From Mytilus californianus (lineage: Eukaryota), in NCBI RefSeq assembly GCF_021869535.1, contig NW_026262712.1, positions 77,066,001 to 77,130,000 of the forward strand: 64,000 nucleotides of DNA. Reading direction: 5' to 3'. The notes below the pieces were generated by a model. The model saw nothing but the letters and a program-made list of their open reading frames with translations, did not search any database and was not told the DNA's origin. Each line of letters starts with the position of its first letter. The stretch's first letter is position 1. Positions 39,060 through 53,000 of this stretch are shown one piece after another. A program made the translations under genes and the position numbers.

Positions 39060-39238
39060 CTGTTGGTCTCAAACAGATAAAGAGTTGTGGTTTTTAAAGT
39101 TAAGCGCTGTAGATGTAAAGTCTAGTGCTGTAGATCTCCAGCAATTGACGTTAATCTCCAATGCTAGACTTTTAAATTACATCTCCGCGTCACAGTGACT
39201 TTTAAAACCACAACTCTTTATCTGTACAAGACCAACAG
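39060..39238. mobile_element. MITE with ~43-bp TIRs
   Basis: ctgttggtctcaaacagataaagagttgtggtttttaaagt versus the reverse complement of acttttaaaaccacaactctttatctgtacaagaccaacag. Confidence 0.8.
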
Positions 39239-39419
39239 ATCTCCATACATAACCTCACAAGTGTGAATTCCTCTTTAACAATAAACTGAATATAACGAAA
39301 TTAGAAATTGCATTAACTGTAAAAACTCGGAAAAAAATTCTGAAGAATCTATCATATAATGGTAAAGATGAAAAAAACTGACTGTATCATGTCTGGGAAA
39401 TGGTACGAGGAGGTCACTA

Positions 39420-40336
39420 CATTGGGCGCATTACATTTACGCGCATTTAGGGATTTTATTTTTACGTTTGCTCGCAGCTTTTGATTATAATTGCGCGCAT
39501 TCATTATACAGTTAAAACAGGTAAAAAGACTATAGTTATTATGATTTTTGAACATATTTGTAAATCTAAATTAAATATTTTTCATATTGAGTTTTAAAAA
39601 TAAAAGATAAACTGATCATGAAAAATCCTGTAATAACTTTAGACACACATGTACATATGTAACATAATTGAGAATATTTCAAAGTAAATACTATTCTGTT
39701 TCCTTATTTTACCAATGGTGATCGCTTTAGTAAATTATTTAAGTCAGTTTGTAAAATTGCACCAAGGCACACACATGAAGTTTCATTTGTCAGAAACAAG
39801 TCGGAGGAAAACTCATTAGTTTACGATGGATTTACTTTCCGTATCGACAGAACACTTGTCAGGGGATATTTTATGTCGATGCACCGTACATAATTGCAAT
39901 GGTATTTCGCCAGATTCCTTATTTCCTCCAAGTCTTTGGGCATTACTACCGTCAGCTGAATCCAGGCGTACTAAAAACGGCCCAGAATGATTCCATGCCC
40001 ACTACAATGAGCAATTTTATTCAGCACACGGATCCATGTATTTTTGCGTTTTGTGTTTTCTTAAAGCAGTGAGCTTCAAAGATTCAGCACGTTACGACAT
40101 TTATAATCAGTACTTTTAAGCCATATGTTTAGATTACCTATGTTTTTACATTTTTTATCTGAATGTATTTCCAGGACTAAGTGCTGGTGTATAATAAAAC
40201 GGACATATCCTGCTCGAAAATAATAATGAAATACATAAATAAGTATAATCTGCCTGTATTTACCCGAGTTTCCTGTAAAAGAATGCGCGCAAATGCAATG
40301 ATTTTTGCGCGTAAATGTAATGGTAATGCGTGCAAT
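39420..40336 (+). mobile_element. Internally deleted MULE derivative, copy B (FLYWCH start fused to transposase C-terminus)
   Basis: MKFHLSETSR.../SLVYDGFTFRIDRTL.../ILCRCTVHNCNG|ISPDSLFPPSLWALLPSAESRRTKNGPE*FHAHYNEQFYSAH; repeated TTACATTT.CGCGCA subterminal inverted motifs. Confidence 0.78.
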
Positions 40337-40369
40337 CTTTATTCTCCGTTATAACAAAAAGATAAAAGT

Positions 40370-40630
40370 TCACTTGTGTCATTCAGAATACCCAGTGAAT
40401 CACTGTATATCGACTGGATTATTAAAAAAAAAACCCACTGTAAATCCCTTTAGTTGTTTCGACTGGTGTCATTCAGAAAACACTGTAAATAGGATCGTGT
40501 CACTCAATTAATATCAACTGGTGTCATTTAGAATAATCAGTCAAGCCATTATGGTATGTCACAGATAGATATCAATTGGTGTCTTTCAAAATACACCGTT
40601 AAGCCCTTAAGCTTGTCCACTAAAATAACA
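40370..40630. repeat. Degenerate ~55-90 bp tandem repeat
   Basis: Recurring actggtgtcatt.agaa. Confidence 0.5.
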
Positions 40631-43600
40631 CCAATTCAGATGCAGATCCTGGATTTTGAAAAAGGAGGGGCAAACTAGGCAACGTTATGAGTAGAACATG
40701 TAAAAGTTCTTATGCATTAACCATATATGTAGCTCCAAAAAAAGGGGGGGGGGGCTTAATGCGCCCTTGTTGAGATACTACGTACATATTTGAAATCATA
40801 ATTTAGAAATTGATATTTACAGTTACTGACACTTTCAAGATTACAAAAGAATAATTGATAAACAATGGAATGCTAGACATTTCCGTTTTTATATTCAACT
40901 CAATAAAACTGTCAAAAAAGCGATCGGGATTGGGCAAGTGAACTCCATAAATTGATGAAGCAATCAAAACATTTTCAGTCCCATAGATGCACATCCCGAA
41001 TTGCATTTATTAGGAGAAAACAGTGTTGTATTTAAAAATTTGCTGATGATTTCATGATCGTAAATTGAGTTAAAAAATTGTTGCTCGCAAATCTTCAAAT
41101 ACAATACTGTATCTCCATTATAACGCAACTGAAACTTTGCCAGATCAAATGTTTTTAAATCAAGTACACGACGTCTGCGCTTATGTGCACAATTTTAGAC
41201 CATACATCGTTAATTTGTGGCGTTATCCAATCAAAATGAACGTTACAAAACGATGTTGCTTTATAAGGAACAATGGATGTACAATACTATTTTGAAGACC
41301 CCAAACTAATTTCTATCGCAATAATCTGACAATAAAAAAAAATATATTTGTGTGAACCACTTAATGCACCGCAAATATTTCCCCAGTAAACAGATGAAAA
41401 TTAAGGAGTAGACAATAAAAGGCGACAAAACTTGTAGTACACTGTTTTGGAGTTTTTATACCTTTTGAGAATTTTCTTTACAATATTTGTTTATACGTGT
41501 GTCCCTACTATTCTATAAAACACATTCCGAAAATGATCATAAAAAGTTTAAACCCAAAGCAACAGGTAAATGTATGTTGTCGCACTCTATGGCATATGAT
41601 AAAATCTTATTTCAAGATGTGTTCTGCTATTTTCATTAACAAATGAATGTTAATTGATCGCAAAGGTATTTGAGAATTTTCTGTTTCATTTGTCAAAATA
41701 CATATCAAACTCTTCCAAGTTGATTGTGTTCATTTCTGCTTGAAATAATATACAGATTAAAGTCATTACGCCATTCTGTTTGCAGTACTTATGAAGATTG
41801 GAATGCTAAATATAAAACAATCAAATGTTGTAATAAAACATAGATACAGAACTTATTTTGATGTGTTATGTGAACATTTACACAATTTATGTCTCAATTA
41901 TAAAATTCGAGGCTACAAGTTTGGAAATAAAAAAAAACATTAAGAAAATTTAAAAAAAATACTGACAGCTTAGACTAGACGATCTAATGAAATGTGTAAA
42001 AAAATAATCACATTCGCACCTAGACCGGATATTTCTTAGAGCTGTCATTCGATACCCTATGGTGTTGGTCGACTATAAAAGTATGTGCATATCATGTCGG
42101 GCCTTTTATAGTTTTTTATACGGTATGGAATTTGCTAGTTTTTGAAGGCCGTACGGTGACCTGTAGTTGCTTTTATTCTCGTCGTTTGGTCTCTGATGGA
42201 TGGTTATCTCATCTTCCTATCTCAATAAAGCGACGAATAAAAGAAATAAAGTGCAGAAATCATGCAAGTTCAAAATCCATAGATAAAACTATGTTTGGTT
42301 ACCCCTAATCTTGAAGAGAATTTGATAAATAATAAATTGGGAGATTAATTGGATTGTTTAAATAGTGTTCTTATAACTAGAATGATTCAGCGCCCTCTAT
42401 CGGTCAGTGTCCTCTCGAGGTGAATGTAGCGATCGATAGTTAGTCGGAATATAACGACTGGATTAGTCGGGTTAGTGTTCTTATTACCTTTTAAAAAAGT
42501 CATCATTCGATTCTTTTTTTAACTGTTACGCAACATTCCAAGGGCAATCAGAAACAGTACTACACTGACAAAGGACAGAAAAGTCATGGCAAATAAGAAA
42601 AAAAAGAAAGAAAAGGACAACACTATAATACAGAAAACTACAAATTGTGTAACACTAAACATGCTAAAACTTGGACAGAACTCAGACGCTCGGGAAGGAT
42701 GGAAGTTTCCTTTCATCTCTTAGAAATTTTTAATGGATTTTGTAATTTATAAGTACTATAGTTTTTATAAGAAAATTGAAATTATCTTGACCAAACTATT
42801 TCATTCGAGTTTTTAACGAAAAAGTTCAAAGCTAGTGGCAAGGTTAGACTTCTTTTGCTTCTGACTAAACAAAAGTATTAATCGCCTCGATATAGCATTC
42901 TTTACTGCACAGACGTAATACAACAACACCAGAAAAAGCATAAGAATTCCCTGTTAAATATATACATAATTAATAGGCATTCTACAAATTCATTCACCCT
43001 TGTGTCCTTTTCATTTTTATAGCATAAATCGGGATTTGATACTTACAAAGAAAATATGTAAAAAACATTCGGACAGTTATGATTAAGTTTTACCACAGAA
43101 TTAGTATACGACACAACATAATACATAAAACATGCAGTAAACGACAGCAAATATTTTATAATCATGTTTGTGGTTTACAGGCCTTAGGAAGTCGTATAGG
43201 TAATTCGTCCGGGTCATCTCAGTTCATCAAAATAATGTCTGGGAATTTAACCTGCATCCGACGTAAGCTATTCACAGTACTGTGGTAATTTATTCTGAAC
43301 AATTGATAAATATCGTCCCACGATTATTTAGGGTATTCTTAAGGTATTCCAGTATAGAATTAACTTAAAAATGGCAATGCTAACTGAATTTAAATACTAT
43401 AGTATATACGTGTACATATAAGTTAGGCTTGATCCTTTACTCTATTTTAGGTTTACTTTATAAGTGGATATCTTTGTTTTAATTTGTTGTATACTGAATT
43501 AGAATGCAACATTCAGTCCCATTTATACCCCTATGAGAATGATGTCCTATAAAATTTCCAACGATCACTTTTACAATAAGTTTAACCAACTGAACGAAAA

Positions 43601-43999
43601 ATAATGATATACATTTTATTACAAACATTACACAAGGTTGATAAAAATTCCTCAAAGGGAAATACGTTAACGGTAACAATAAAGGTATAATAATTACGGT
43701 TGTAAAAGGCAGGACAATCCTTTTTAATATTAAATCAAAACTTTCTACTTTCTTTGATGGAGAGTATGAAATTTTATTTGGATTATAGTTTGACAGACGC
43801 TTTAATCGTTTTACTTTGTAGATTAAATATAATTCGAAAATTGTAGATTAAAAAATCACCTGTGATTTTTATCGCTGCATGAGGTACTTTTGGATAATGG
43901 TATGCAGGGATCAAATCGTCTGATAATGGTTAATATATGAGAAAAAATACAAATAAGAACGGTTTCTCGGAAAAATACAGTACAATATATATACGTTGT

Positions 44000-44090
44000 A
44001 TAAACAAAAATATGAAAACAACACTTTATAAATTTGATGCGTCCGAAGCGATTTACCTTCATCAGGAACACTCAAAGCCGAATCTTTGAA
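44000..44090 (-). mobile_element. HHR family-2 unit fragment with a deletion across GAAA/stem III
   Basis: gtgttc-CTGATGA-aggtaaat-cgcttcggacgc; flanks match 15280-15350. Confidence 0.55.
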
Positions 44091-44848
44091 AGTGTTACTA
44101 AAAAGTGTAAAATAACTGATTTATGTATGTAAATTTAAAATCAACACGGTCTTGTAATTTCTTAGTTATATCTCTAATCATCAAACCTGTTAATTATACA
44201 ATATACGTACATTTGCGGCAAATGTAAAATTTATTGTTTTAGCTTCAGAAACAGGCATAATAAGGAACGTTCTTGGTAAGAACAAAACATCTTTATTTAC
44301 CTACGATATAAGTACAATAGTGTTGCACTGTTTCTTCTTGTATGTTCAAAGAAGTAGGGCCGCCCCTGTATTTGTTTCACTCACACAGAATATAAAAGTT
44401 GTCAAATCCTGTTTGGAATTCTATATTAAAAGAGTCCACATCATATACTTAAAATATTTCTATACAATTTTACATATTTTTATAAAATCAGAATGGTATG
44501 CAATGCTACATGTTGCTGTTGAAAGCATATTGATACAAATTTCAAAATTTACATCGAAGGACGTCGCGAACCAAATCGAACTATAATTTGTATCTGAAAG
44601 ACAATAGCTTTACATCAAACATAGTTTTAGTTTTGTTTAGCGATGTTCTTTTTAAACTTTTTTGGGGTAAATACTCAAATTTGCCAAAATATAAGAAAAT
44701 GCAGTTTCGTGCTATATTCTGGCGTTTGTTGAATCCTTAAAGTACACGCAGTGTGATATTATGAATTAAAAGTACAGATTGAATGACTTTTGGCCCAAAT
44801 TGGCCCTTGTGTGAAAGAAATTCATGTATAATTGGTCTTAACTCTTTA

Positions 44849-44879
<31 letters not shown>

Positions 44880-44880
<1 letters not shown>

Positions 44881-45310
44881 TATTTCTGTGACTGCATCTT
44901 ACGATCCTTTACGATAGATAATTTAGCTAATCTGCAGTCAATTCCATCTTCATGCCTTATATATCATGTACTGTGTTACAAATCTAGATTCTACTGACGA
45001 GGAAAGGTAACACTAGGCCACCGAAAGCTGAATTTTTAGTTCAGTCTAGGTGGCTGAGTGGTCTAGAGCGCTGGACACAGTGCAGGCGGTGTTGTCTCGA
45101 TATCCCAATAGCATGAGTTCGAATCCGGGCGAGGGAAGAACAAAAATTTGCTTCCGCAAATTTGCAGATTTAACATGGTTGTGCTGATATTTAGAGTAAT
45201 TATGAATATAATACTAGTATGTGTTTTCAGCCGTGTATCACCTTCACTGGTCATCCAATGGATGGATCTGTCGTAGAGTTGTCACTTGTTTAGACGTACT
45301 TATATATATA
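44880..45310 (+). mobile_element. tRNA-like-head tandem-unit family, copy 2, with an HHR-like core
   Basis: CTGACGA (44994-45000)...GAAA (45023-45026); canonical A box TGGCTGAGTGG (45051-45061) and B box GTTCGAATCC (45117-45126); (TA)n at both ends. Confidence 0.72.
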
Positions 45311-45500
45311 TAGATATTCTTTCATGTCATTGATTTCAAAGCCAACCATAATATCAACTTCGCCTAAGATAGTTGCAATCTTTACTTTTTGGCATAATTT
45401 ATCAAATTTGTCAGCTGGAAATTGATCAAAATTTGTGAGATAAGCCACGTGACAAAATATTGACCACTGGGTAGAACAAGCATTTGTATCAAACAAGTGT

Positions 45501-45814
45501 TTGTATATCAAAGTGTTCGATCCTATAACCGACTATCCTTTCGGCAGATACAATAGGGTGTTGTATATCAAAGTGTTCGATCCTATAACCGACTATCCTT
45601 TCGGCAGATACAATAGGGTGTTGTATATCAAAGTGTTCGATCCTATAACCGACTATCCCTTCGGCAAATACAATATGATGCTGTATATCAGAGTGTTCGA
45701 TCCTATAACCGACTATCCCTTCGGATCCTATAGCCGACCATCCCTTCGGATCCTATAGCCGCGACTATCCCTTCGGATCCTATAGCCGACTATCTCTTCG
45801 GCAGATACAATAGG
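45501..45814. repeat. 60-bp minisatellite (~3.7 copies) grading into ~24-bp subunit repeats
   Basis: Unit ttgtatatcaaagtgttcgatcctataaccgactatcctttcggcagatacaatagggtg. Confidence 0.9.
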
Positions 45815-47339
45815 ATCTGTGTTCCCGATTGCCTTAAAAATATTTTTTTGCTCACGTGTATACAACAGACCTTGTGTATGCCGTTTTTGACTACCATTGC
45901 AATACAATGGATTTTGCAATCGTAATCATCAGCTTTCATCCGTGTGACCTATTGCATCTGAAGTACCGATAGTCAGTAACAGGATGTGATGTTACTTCCA
46001 TTTTTGATGCGATAAACTTACCTTCATCAAGTTTGCTAACCACCAGAGATGTAACAATATACGGATAGCTTCATAACCTAAATGTGCATTAAAAAGGCAA
46101 AAGTCAATATGGCCATTTTTCTAAAGAGAGTAACAACACTATTTAATCAAATAAATAAGAATTATGAGTTTAGAATTTATCATAATTTACATGATAAATA
46201 ACAGATAAGTATGAAGTTTGGTCTGTGTCCAACAATGTCTATTAGTATGGATCCCTCTCGAATTAACAACCCATCATGCTGTCGTTTTTATTAGGGTCGA
46301 TACGCATTTCTGGCTAAAGGAGACATTTTCATTCATATGTTTCAAAGCAGTAAGCTGCTTGTGAAAAGCTAAGATAATAAAACGTATCCGGAGATATATA
46401 CAACGACCAAAAAGGAATAGCCGAACATCTTTTTAACAGGTCTGTCAATCGAACAAACATTTTTTATATAGAGTATATGCGCAAATTGTATTATGAACAT
46501 TCGTTGGAATGACTTTAAGATCCCAAGATTATAAAAGAGAACGATTGACATGTGTTTTCTGCATTAGAATTGCATAATAAATGAATAAGAAAAACTTGTT
46601 TTGTAATATGTCAAAACAGAGGAAGATAGAACATGGATTATTATTACGACAAATGAAACTTATTTATGGTCATCCGTGACATATTTCCGCTATGCAATAC
46701 CACTACCAAGTCGTGATGCGTTCGTAAAACTTTCGATGAAGTGACTTCAGCTTTAAAAAAAACCCATGATTCTAAAGTATGCTTATTGAGGTAGATTGAC
46801 TAGTGTTTTCTGTATTAGTAAAATCGACAAAATAACTGAGGCTATCGTTCACTTCTTAATGATGAAACACAATTGCTCCTTTTCTTGGTAGCGATTTTTT
46901 ATTATTAATTGTTTTTGGCTTTTAAGTAGATTTCAGTAACTGTGAGTACTCTCAAATCGTACTTTCATGTTAATTTGACCTGTTGATACAATTTGTAATG
47001 TATTTTTATTATTTAATGTTTACTAATACAGTGTTATATCTAGTCTCACTATTTTTAATATATATCACCCTTGATAAGTGTTTAGTATGACGATACATTT
47101 TCACTTTTGTTCTCGTACTAGGAACAAAAAAAAAATTTATTTTGTAAAAACTATTTCCGTACTCCATGTATTATACCTTACAACAAAATTATTTTTATTT
47201 ACCTGTATACGTTATTTTATTTGGCGGCATTTTGTTCAAAGTTATGGTTGTCTTTCTGATATTGTTTTATATCTAATCCCCTTGTTTTATTAATTTTGTA
47301 TTTACATTGTGTCATAGATCAAATTTATTCGTTCAGTGT

Positions 47340-47780
47340 ATGCTCACTTGTTTTTGTTAATATGTCTTTTGATTGAGTTAAGCCATTTCAATTGATATTT
47401 TATAGTGTGTCTTTCTATGTTGTGATGTTACACTATTGTTTCAGGTAGGGCGGAGGTTGGCGCCTGTTAAAACGTTTAAACCCGCTGCATTTGTCTGCAC
47501 CTGTTCCAAGTCAGTAACCTGATGTTCAGTGATTGTCTTTTGTTGATGTGGTTCATACGTGTTTCTCGTTTCTCGTTTTTTATATAGATTAAACCGTTGG
47601 TTTTCCTGTTTGAATGGTTTTACACTAGTCATTTTTGGGGCCCTTTATAGCTTGCTGTTCAGTGTGAGCCAAGGCTCCGTGTTGAAGGCCGTACTTTGAC
47701 CTATAATGGTTTACTTTTACAAATTGTGACTTGGATGGAGAGTTGTCTAACTGGCACTCATACCACATCTTCTGATATCT
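47340..47780 (+). mobile_element. Abundant unclassified interspersed repeat (cctgt.ccaagtcag family); other copies at 38395-38535, 42090-42220, 52325-52530, 55180-55790 (-), 59100-59345 (-)
   Basis: Shared blocks ccaagtcag, gccttttatagc.gact, gaaggccgtac.gtgacctat, ttgtctcattggca.tcataccacatcttct. Confidence 0.7.
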
Positions 47781-48891
47781 ACTATATGTGTAATATCTGT
47801 ACCGGTCTACTTATTGCAATGTTTATCATACGTTTCTATCTTTATTAATCATAACAAATATTATGTATTACATTCCATTATTTGTAATAATAAATTTGCG
47901 ATTAGCGAATTTCTAAAATGATCGCTGTCCACTTCATCATCTTCAATTATAAAATTACACGTAACAAAAAAAATCGGTGAAATTGTCAAGAATTGTCGCA
48001 TTTAAAAATTCCCCCCAAAGATTTAATAATTCTAATGGCTGACTTATAATTTTTTTAATTCGATAATATTCCTGAAATAATTGGTATCATTGTGTAAACG
48101 GGAACTCTTTTGACCTGACAGATAAAATCAGTCTGATCACAAATGACTTTCATTATATTATGAGTATATATGTCCGTTTAATATCGCTGATTAATATCTC
48201 TCATTATTTTGTCGTTTATGATTTCTTCTCGATAACTTCTTGTAATTTTGTGACTGTATACTGGATACATTTGATCAAATTATAAAGTATAATTTCAAAC
48301 CTTTGTGGAAAGCGCATGCTTGTGTATTGATTTAACAACTTGTTGCTTATAGTAAATAGATATGTGTTAAGTTTATTATAATTTTCTTAACTTTAATTCA
48401 TTATGACTTGCTAAATTTCGATATTCTAGACGTAACATAGAAGTTATTTGCATCAACAACCGAAGTGTAAAACGATAACTTTTTAATAATGGCAATGTAA
48501 CAACATTTTGTTATGAACCTGCATTCGGTGGATAATGCACTTTTTACAGAGAAAACATTTAAATTTCACTATTTTATTAATCGTTCTTCTGCTAAAGTTG
48601 GAGTGCATAACTTTACATCCTGTGATACGATATCATTTGAATATAATTAAATCAAGACTTTAAAAGAAAGCGTGAAAATGGAATCTAAAAAATTTGTCAT
48701 CTTAAAGAATCTGCATCGCATCACAACTAAAAAGACGTGAACTAACAATTCAATTGACATTTACGAGGGACGGAAATATGTCTTTCCTAAGGTGATATAT
48801 ATACTATGATGATGGATTCAAAAATTACCTAATTGTAGGATAGTCAATATTAATATACTTGAAGTGTTAAAATCGATAAATTATTTTCAAC

Positions 48892-49000
48892 ATGAAATTT
48901 AATAGGACATTATTAGTTTGTGGTTGTACAGTCTTATTCCTGCTAATTATTTTTGCACCGACAGCCAATGCTAAGAAAGGAAAGCGGAAAAAGTCAAAAG
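48892..49000 (+). CDS. SCUBE: SCUBE-like gene exon 1: signal peptide MKFNRTLLVCGCTVLFLLIIFAPTANA plus basic KKGKRKKSK
   Basis: CAACATG start, hydrophobic core, ANA cleavage site, phase-1 GTAGGC donor. Confidence 0.8.
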
Positions 49001-49991
49001 GTAGGCAATTTTATCTTTGCACAATTTAATAGGATATAATATATTCTCATTCATTTAGTTAAATATGCTTTATTTTTTTAAGCAAAAAGTTGCTTCGGGC
49101 AGATGTCGTCTGATCAATGAGTATGTGTGTGGTATTTTGGCGGGACATTTATTGTTGACTGATAGATGATTTTACTACTTTATTATTGATCAACAGTCTA
49201 CCTTTTTGGCTTGAATGATGTAGTTACTATCAATGAAGTTATAATAAGTTATATACCTAATTTTGTTGTACTGTGTACCCAAAAATGAAACAGACTCTAT
49301 GGATATCATAATATTCATTGAACAACTGTATTAGGGTCCTAGCACAACAGAAATTTAAGTAGCATTGGCTAAGTTGCTATATTTTTGTCAATATTTGGAG
49401 AATTTGCTCATGCGCACTTAGAACGGTCATCCACTGGTCAAATCGATCCGCAATTACTGTGACTTCGGAGCTTAAAATCTTTCTTCTGAAAAAAATCCAC
49501 CCAAATGACAATGATATATTTCGTAAATTCATTAGACTAACTGAAAGGAATGTACTACAAAGTACTGCAAAGTGCAAATAAGAATAAAAAAGGAACGGGC
49601 TAATATGCTCATAAATCATAGGATTAATTACTAAATACTCGTCGCAAATGATATTACAGATTTGTATATCTATCTTGCCACATGTTTTGCATGGTTTGCA
49701 CCGATGTTTAATTGATTTAAGACAGTTGTTATTCTGACGTCATGTATTGATATCATTTAATTAAAATTACTTATAATCTGAAACAAATAGTCAAATATGC
49801 CAGCATGAACGCATTTTCGGGGTATAAAACTTTTCTTAATGTTTATGACAAAGTCTTTTGGTATGTTTGGGTAGTATTTGCTTAAAAACTTCCCGGGAAC
49901 AATCATAGCTTAATGATGGGACGGCCAAATTTGGATAAAAACACGAAAAGCTACATATGATCAACATGGGCCCAAAGGAAATTTTGAATTA

Positions 49992-50026
<35 letters not shown>

Positions 50027-53000
50027 AAGTGTTGTACACAATACTTAATTTACAGCTACCTCATGTTCCACACTTTCAATAATCTGCATGGAAAATTATA
50101 TTTTAAAACTTATTCAGAATTTGTTTCACTCTCAAGTTTGCTGACATCAAGTGAAATTTGAATATTTAAGAGTTTGAATAATGAATAACATACTTAGAGG
50201 TTTTGGAATAATTTTTAGTTTTATGCATTGCTGTTGAATACAATTTTGATAAATTATTTAAACTTTACATTTTTGGTATATTCTTTTTTTATTGAAGGAC
50301 ATTCCTATAAAAATTAATTGATTAGTATTCGAAAGACTATACATGTCTTCACTTCCTATAGATTACAAGATTGTTTTTAAGAATTGTATTTCTATTTTTC
50401 AAAATATATATTCAAATTTAATCATCACAGAATTAAGACATCTTGTAAAGCATTTATGATTTTTTTACATGTTAGAAACAGGGCGCATTGTTCGTTCAAC
50501 CTCACAGTACACACGCCTATCAAGCTGTTGTAGTAAATTAAGTATAGTACACATATTGATTGATTGGTTGTTGTTTGCTAAACGTCCAGTGGCAAATATT
50601 TCATGCATGTTAAGGACGACTACAATAACATTTACGGTACCAATTTTATTGCACCAGATACGCATTTCGACAATTAATGTTTCTTAAATAATGCCCGAGA
50701 CAGAATTATTTGAAAATCCCAAACTTATACAAACGCGGAAGAGCTGATCAAACAAAAAGGAACCTAAATTTGGTCAAATGAGAGGCACTTCATATCTGAG
50801 AAACAGGCTATATATGCCCTCAATTTTAGAATTCAATCATACATTTTTGTATTATTCAAAATTATTAGTAAATTGTGTGCTCTACAAGGATCACCAGTCC
50901 TTCACCTTTCATCTGATACCTTAATTACTAAAATATATGCTACATAGTTTAAGATTTACTCCTGTGCTTAGGAACTATTTTGTTTTAAATATGTACTTCT
51001 TTCCAGTATGTTCTTTTTCGACTGGGCCCGATTGGGTGGTGTTACATCTTTCAAATCTATCCAAATTATTTTTGCAAAGAATTCCGCGTAAGCTGGTGCT
51101 TGGGGCCATTTTAAACTTGCAGTGAGATGAGAGTTTTTTTGCTCCGTGTTGAGGTCTCACTGTGACTCTGAGATGAAGAACAGCAATAAAAGCGCTGTTC
51201 CTTTGCTTTTGTATTTTTGTTGTTGTGCATTTACTGATTTTGTGTCATGGATGGATACCCCATATCCTTTGTTTTTCTATTGAATGACTCAAATTAACAA
51301 TAAAAACAATAGGTAGGTCCTGTAATAGAGATCGACCGAGATGAATGGCGGAAAATTTGGACTGCCACTGGAAAACAAGGGTACTTTGGATAGGGACAGA
51401 AATTAAGCCTGGCAATAGGCCATCTTCGGACGCTTCAAAGGGTTGTTGCAAGGGTTCTAAAGTTAATAACGTGACACACTCTCTCAACACGAGGCATCGT
51501 ATTTAACGTCCACATTCTGACCAGACGTGGCTGCGTTCTTATACACCCCATACAGCAAAACGGACACCCACTTTGGCAAGGGTTTAACTGCCGGTATGAA
51601 GAAGACCAAACGTACCTATACCCCAGTCACCCTTATATAGGCTTTGAACATATTGAAATAATTTTCAAAAATGATCCTAATGTAAAAAAATCTTTATATT
51701 TAGCCGTTTATATTTCCAAATTATTGGTAAATGTGTTATAGAAGCATTTGCTCTCATTTTAATCATATCAATCAACTCATTTTAAGTATGGTCGATTTTT
51801 TTTATATGAATAAAAGATGTGGGTAGACATGAAAGAGAAAGCAACACAACAACACGAGTTAGATCAATCAAACATTTATGAAGTTCCGTTCAATACTTTA
51901 AAACTTTGAGCTCGCTTTCAGTTATTGCGAGCATTCTTGTGTGCCTGTTAAAAGTCCTGAAGTTTGACAGGGGTTTTGTCTTCAGTCCTTACGTTTTTCA
52001 TCAATTCAGAATTTGATGTTGTCATTTAAGTGAATGTCATTGTTGAATGTATATCTCAAATTGTGTGGACTCCAGGAGATTAAGAGTATATCTTGTGAGT
52101 TTGTGTGACCTTGTGTGACCTTGTTCATCGTTTAAATCTTAAGACGATCATCCTTTTTGTGTTCCTGAAGCTGTACACATTTTTGTCATCTGTTTTGTCT
52201 TTATATTCTAGATTTAGTCTGATGACTAGACAGCAAGAATGTTAAATCGGATTAGCGGTCAATAAACATTTGCATTGAAACTATGATGAAATAATCAATC
52301 AAAATCGTCATTGTAGTAAAAATTTTTGTTATGAATTAGGCCGTTGGATTTCTCGTTTTAATTGTTTCACATTTTTTATATCGGAGCCTTTTATAGCCGA
52401 CTATACGGTATGGATTTTTCTCATTGTTCAATGCCGTACGGTTGCCTATAATTCCTTTTATCTCTTTCATTTGAACACTGGTGGATAGTTTTCTCATTGA
52501 CAATCAACCACATCTCCTTATTTTTATATAGAAGTTTCATACGATTCGTCTAAATAATATTTTGACACTACCTGCCTCACTGTCATATATTTTTCATAAT
52601 GCTAATGTCATAAGAGGCACCAGTAGATTACCAATGTTCAAATCTCGTTTTAACATTTTAAATATAAAAATAAAGGTAAAAGATTAACATAATGGAATCG
52701 AACAAAATTGTGTGGACCGACAGGGTAAGCGTCTCCTGCTATGCACGCATCGTCTTGTGCTGCCAAATACAACAAGCACATCACGTTATGGAATATGTCA
52801 CAATCGGAAAATTACAGATCAGACGACTCTTCTTATATCTTAAGATATTCAACCACGAAAACAGGTTTCCCATGTCGAGATATACATACACATTGTATTG
52901 GCCATCAATTCGTTATGTTGACCGAAAAAATGTATAGTTCAGTCTTTCTTCATCATAACGCTGCATAAACAGTTTTGTGTTAGCAGCAGAAAAATGTTAA

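Noticed and set aside
45501-45758. 85-aa repeat ORF (YIKVFDPITDYPFGRYNRVL)n
   Set aside because: In-frame by-product of a 60-bp tandem repeat.
49995-50025. Long poly-C runs (also ~33745-33770)
   Set aside because: Simple homopolymers with error-prone length; no further structure.
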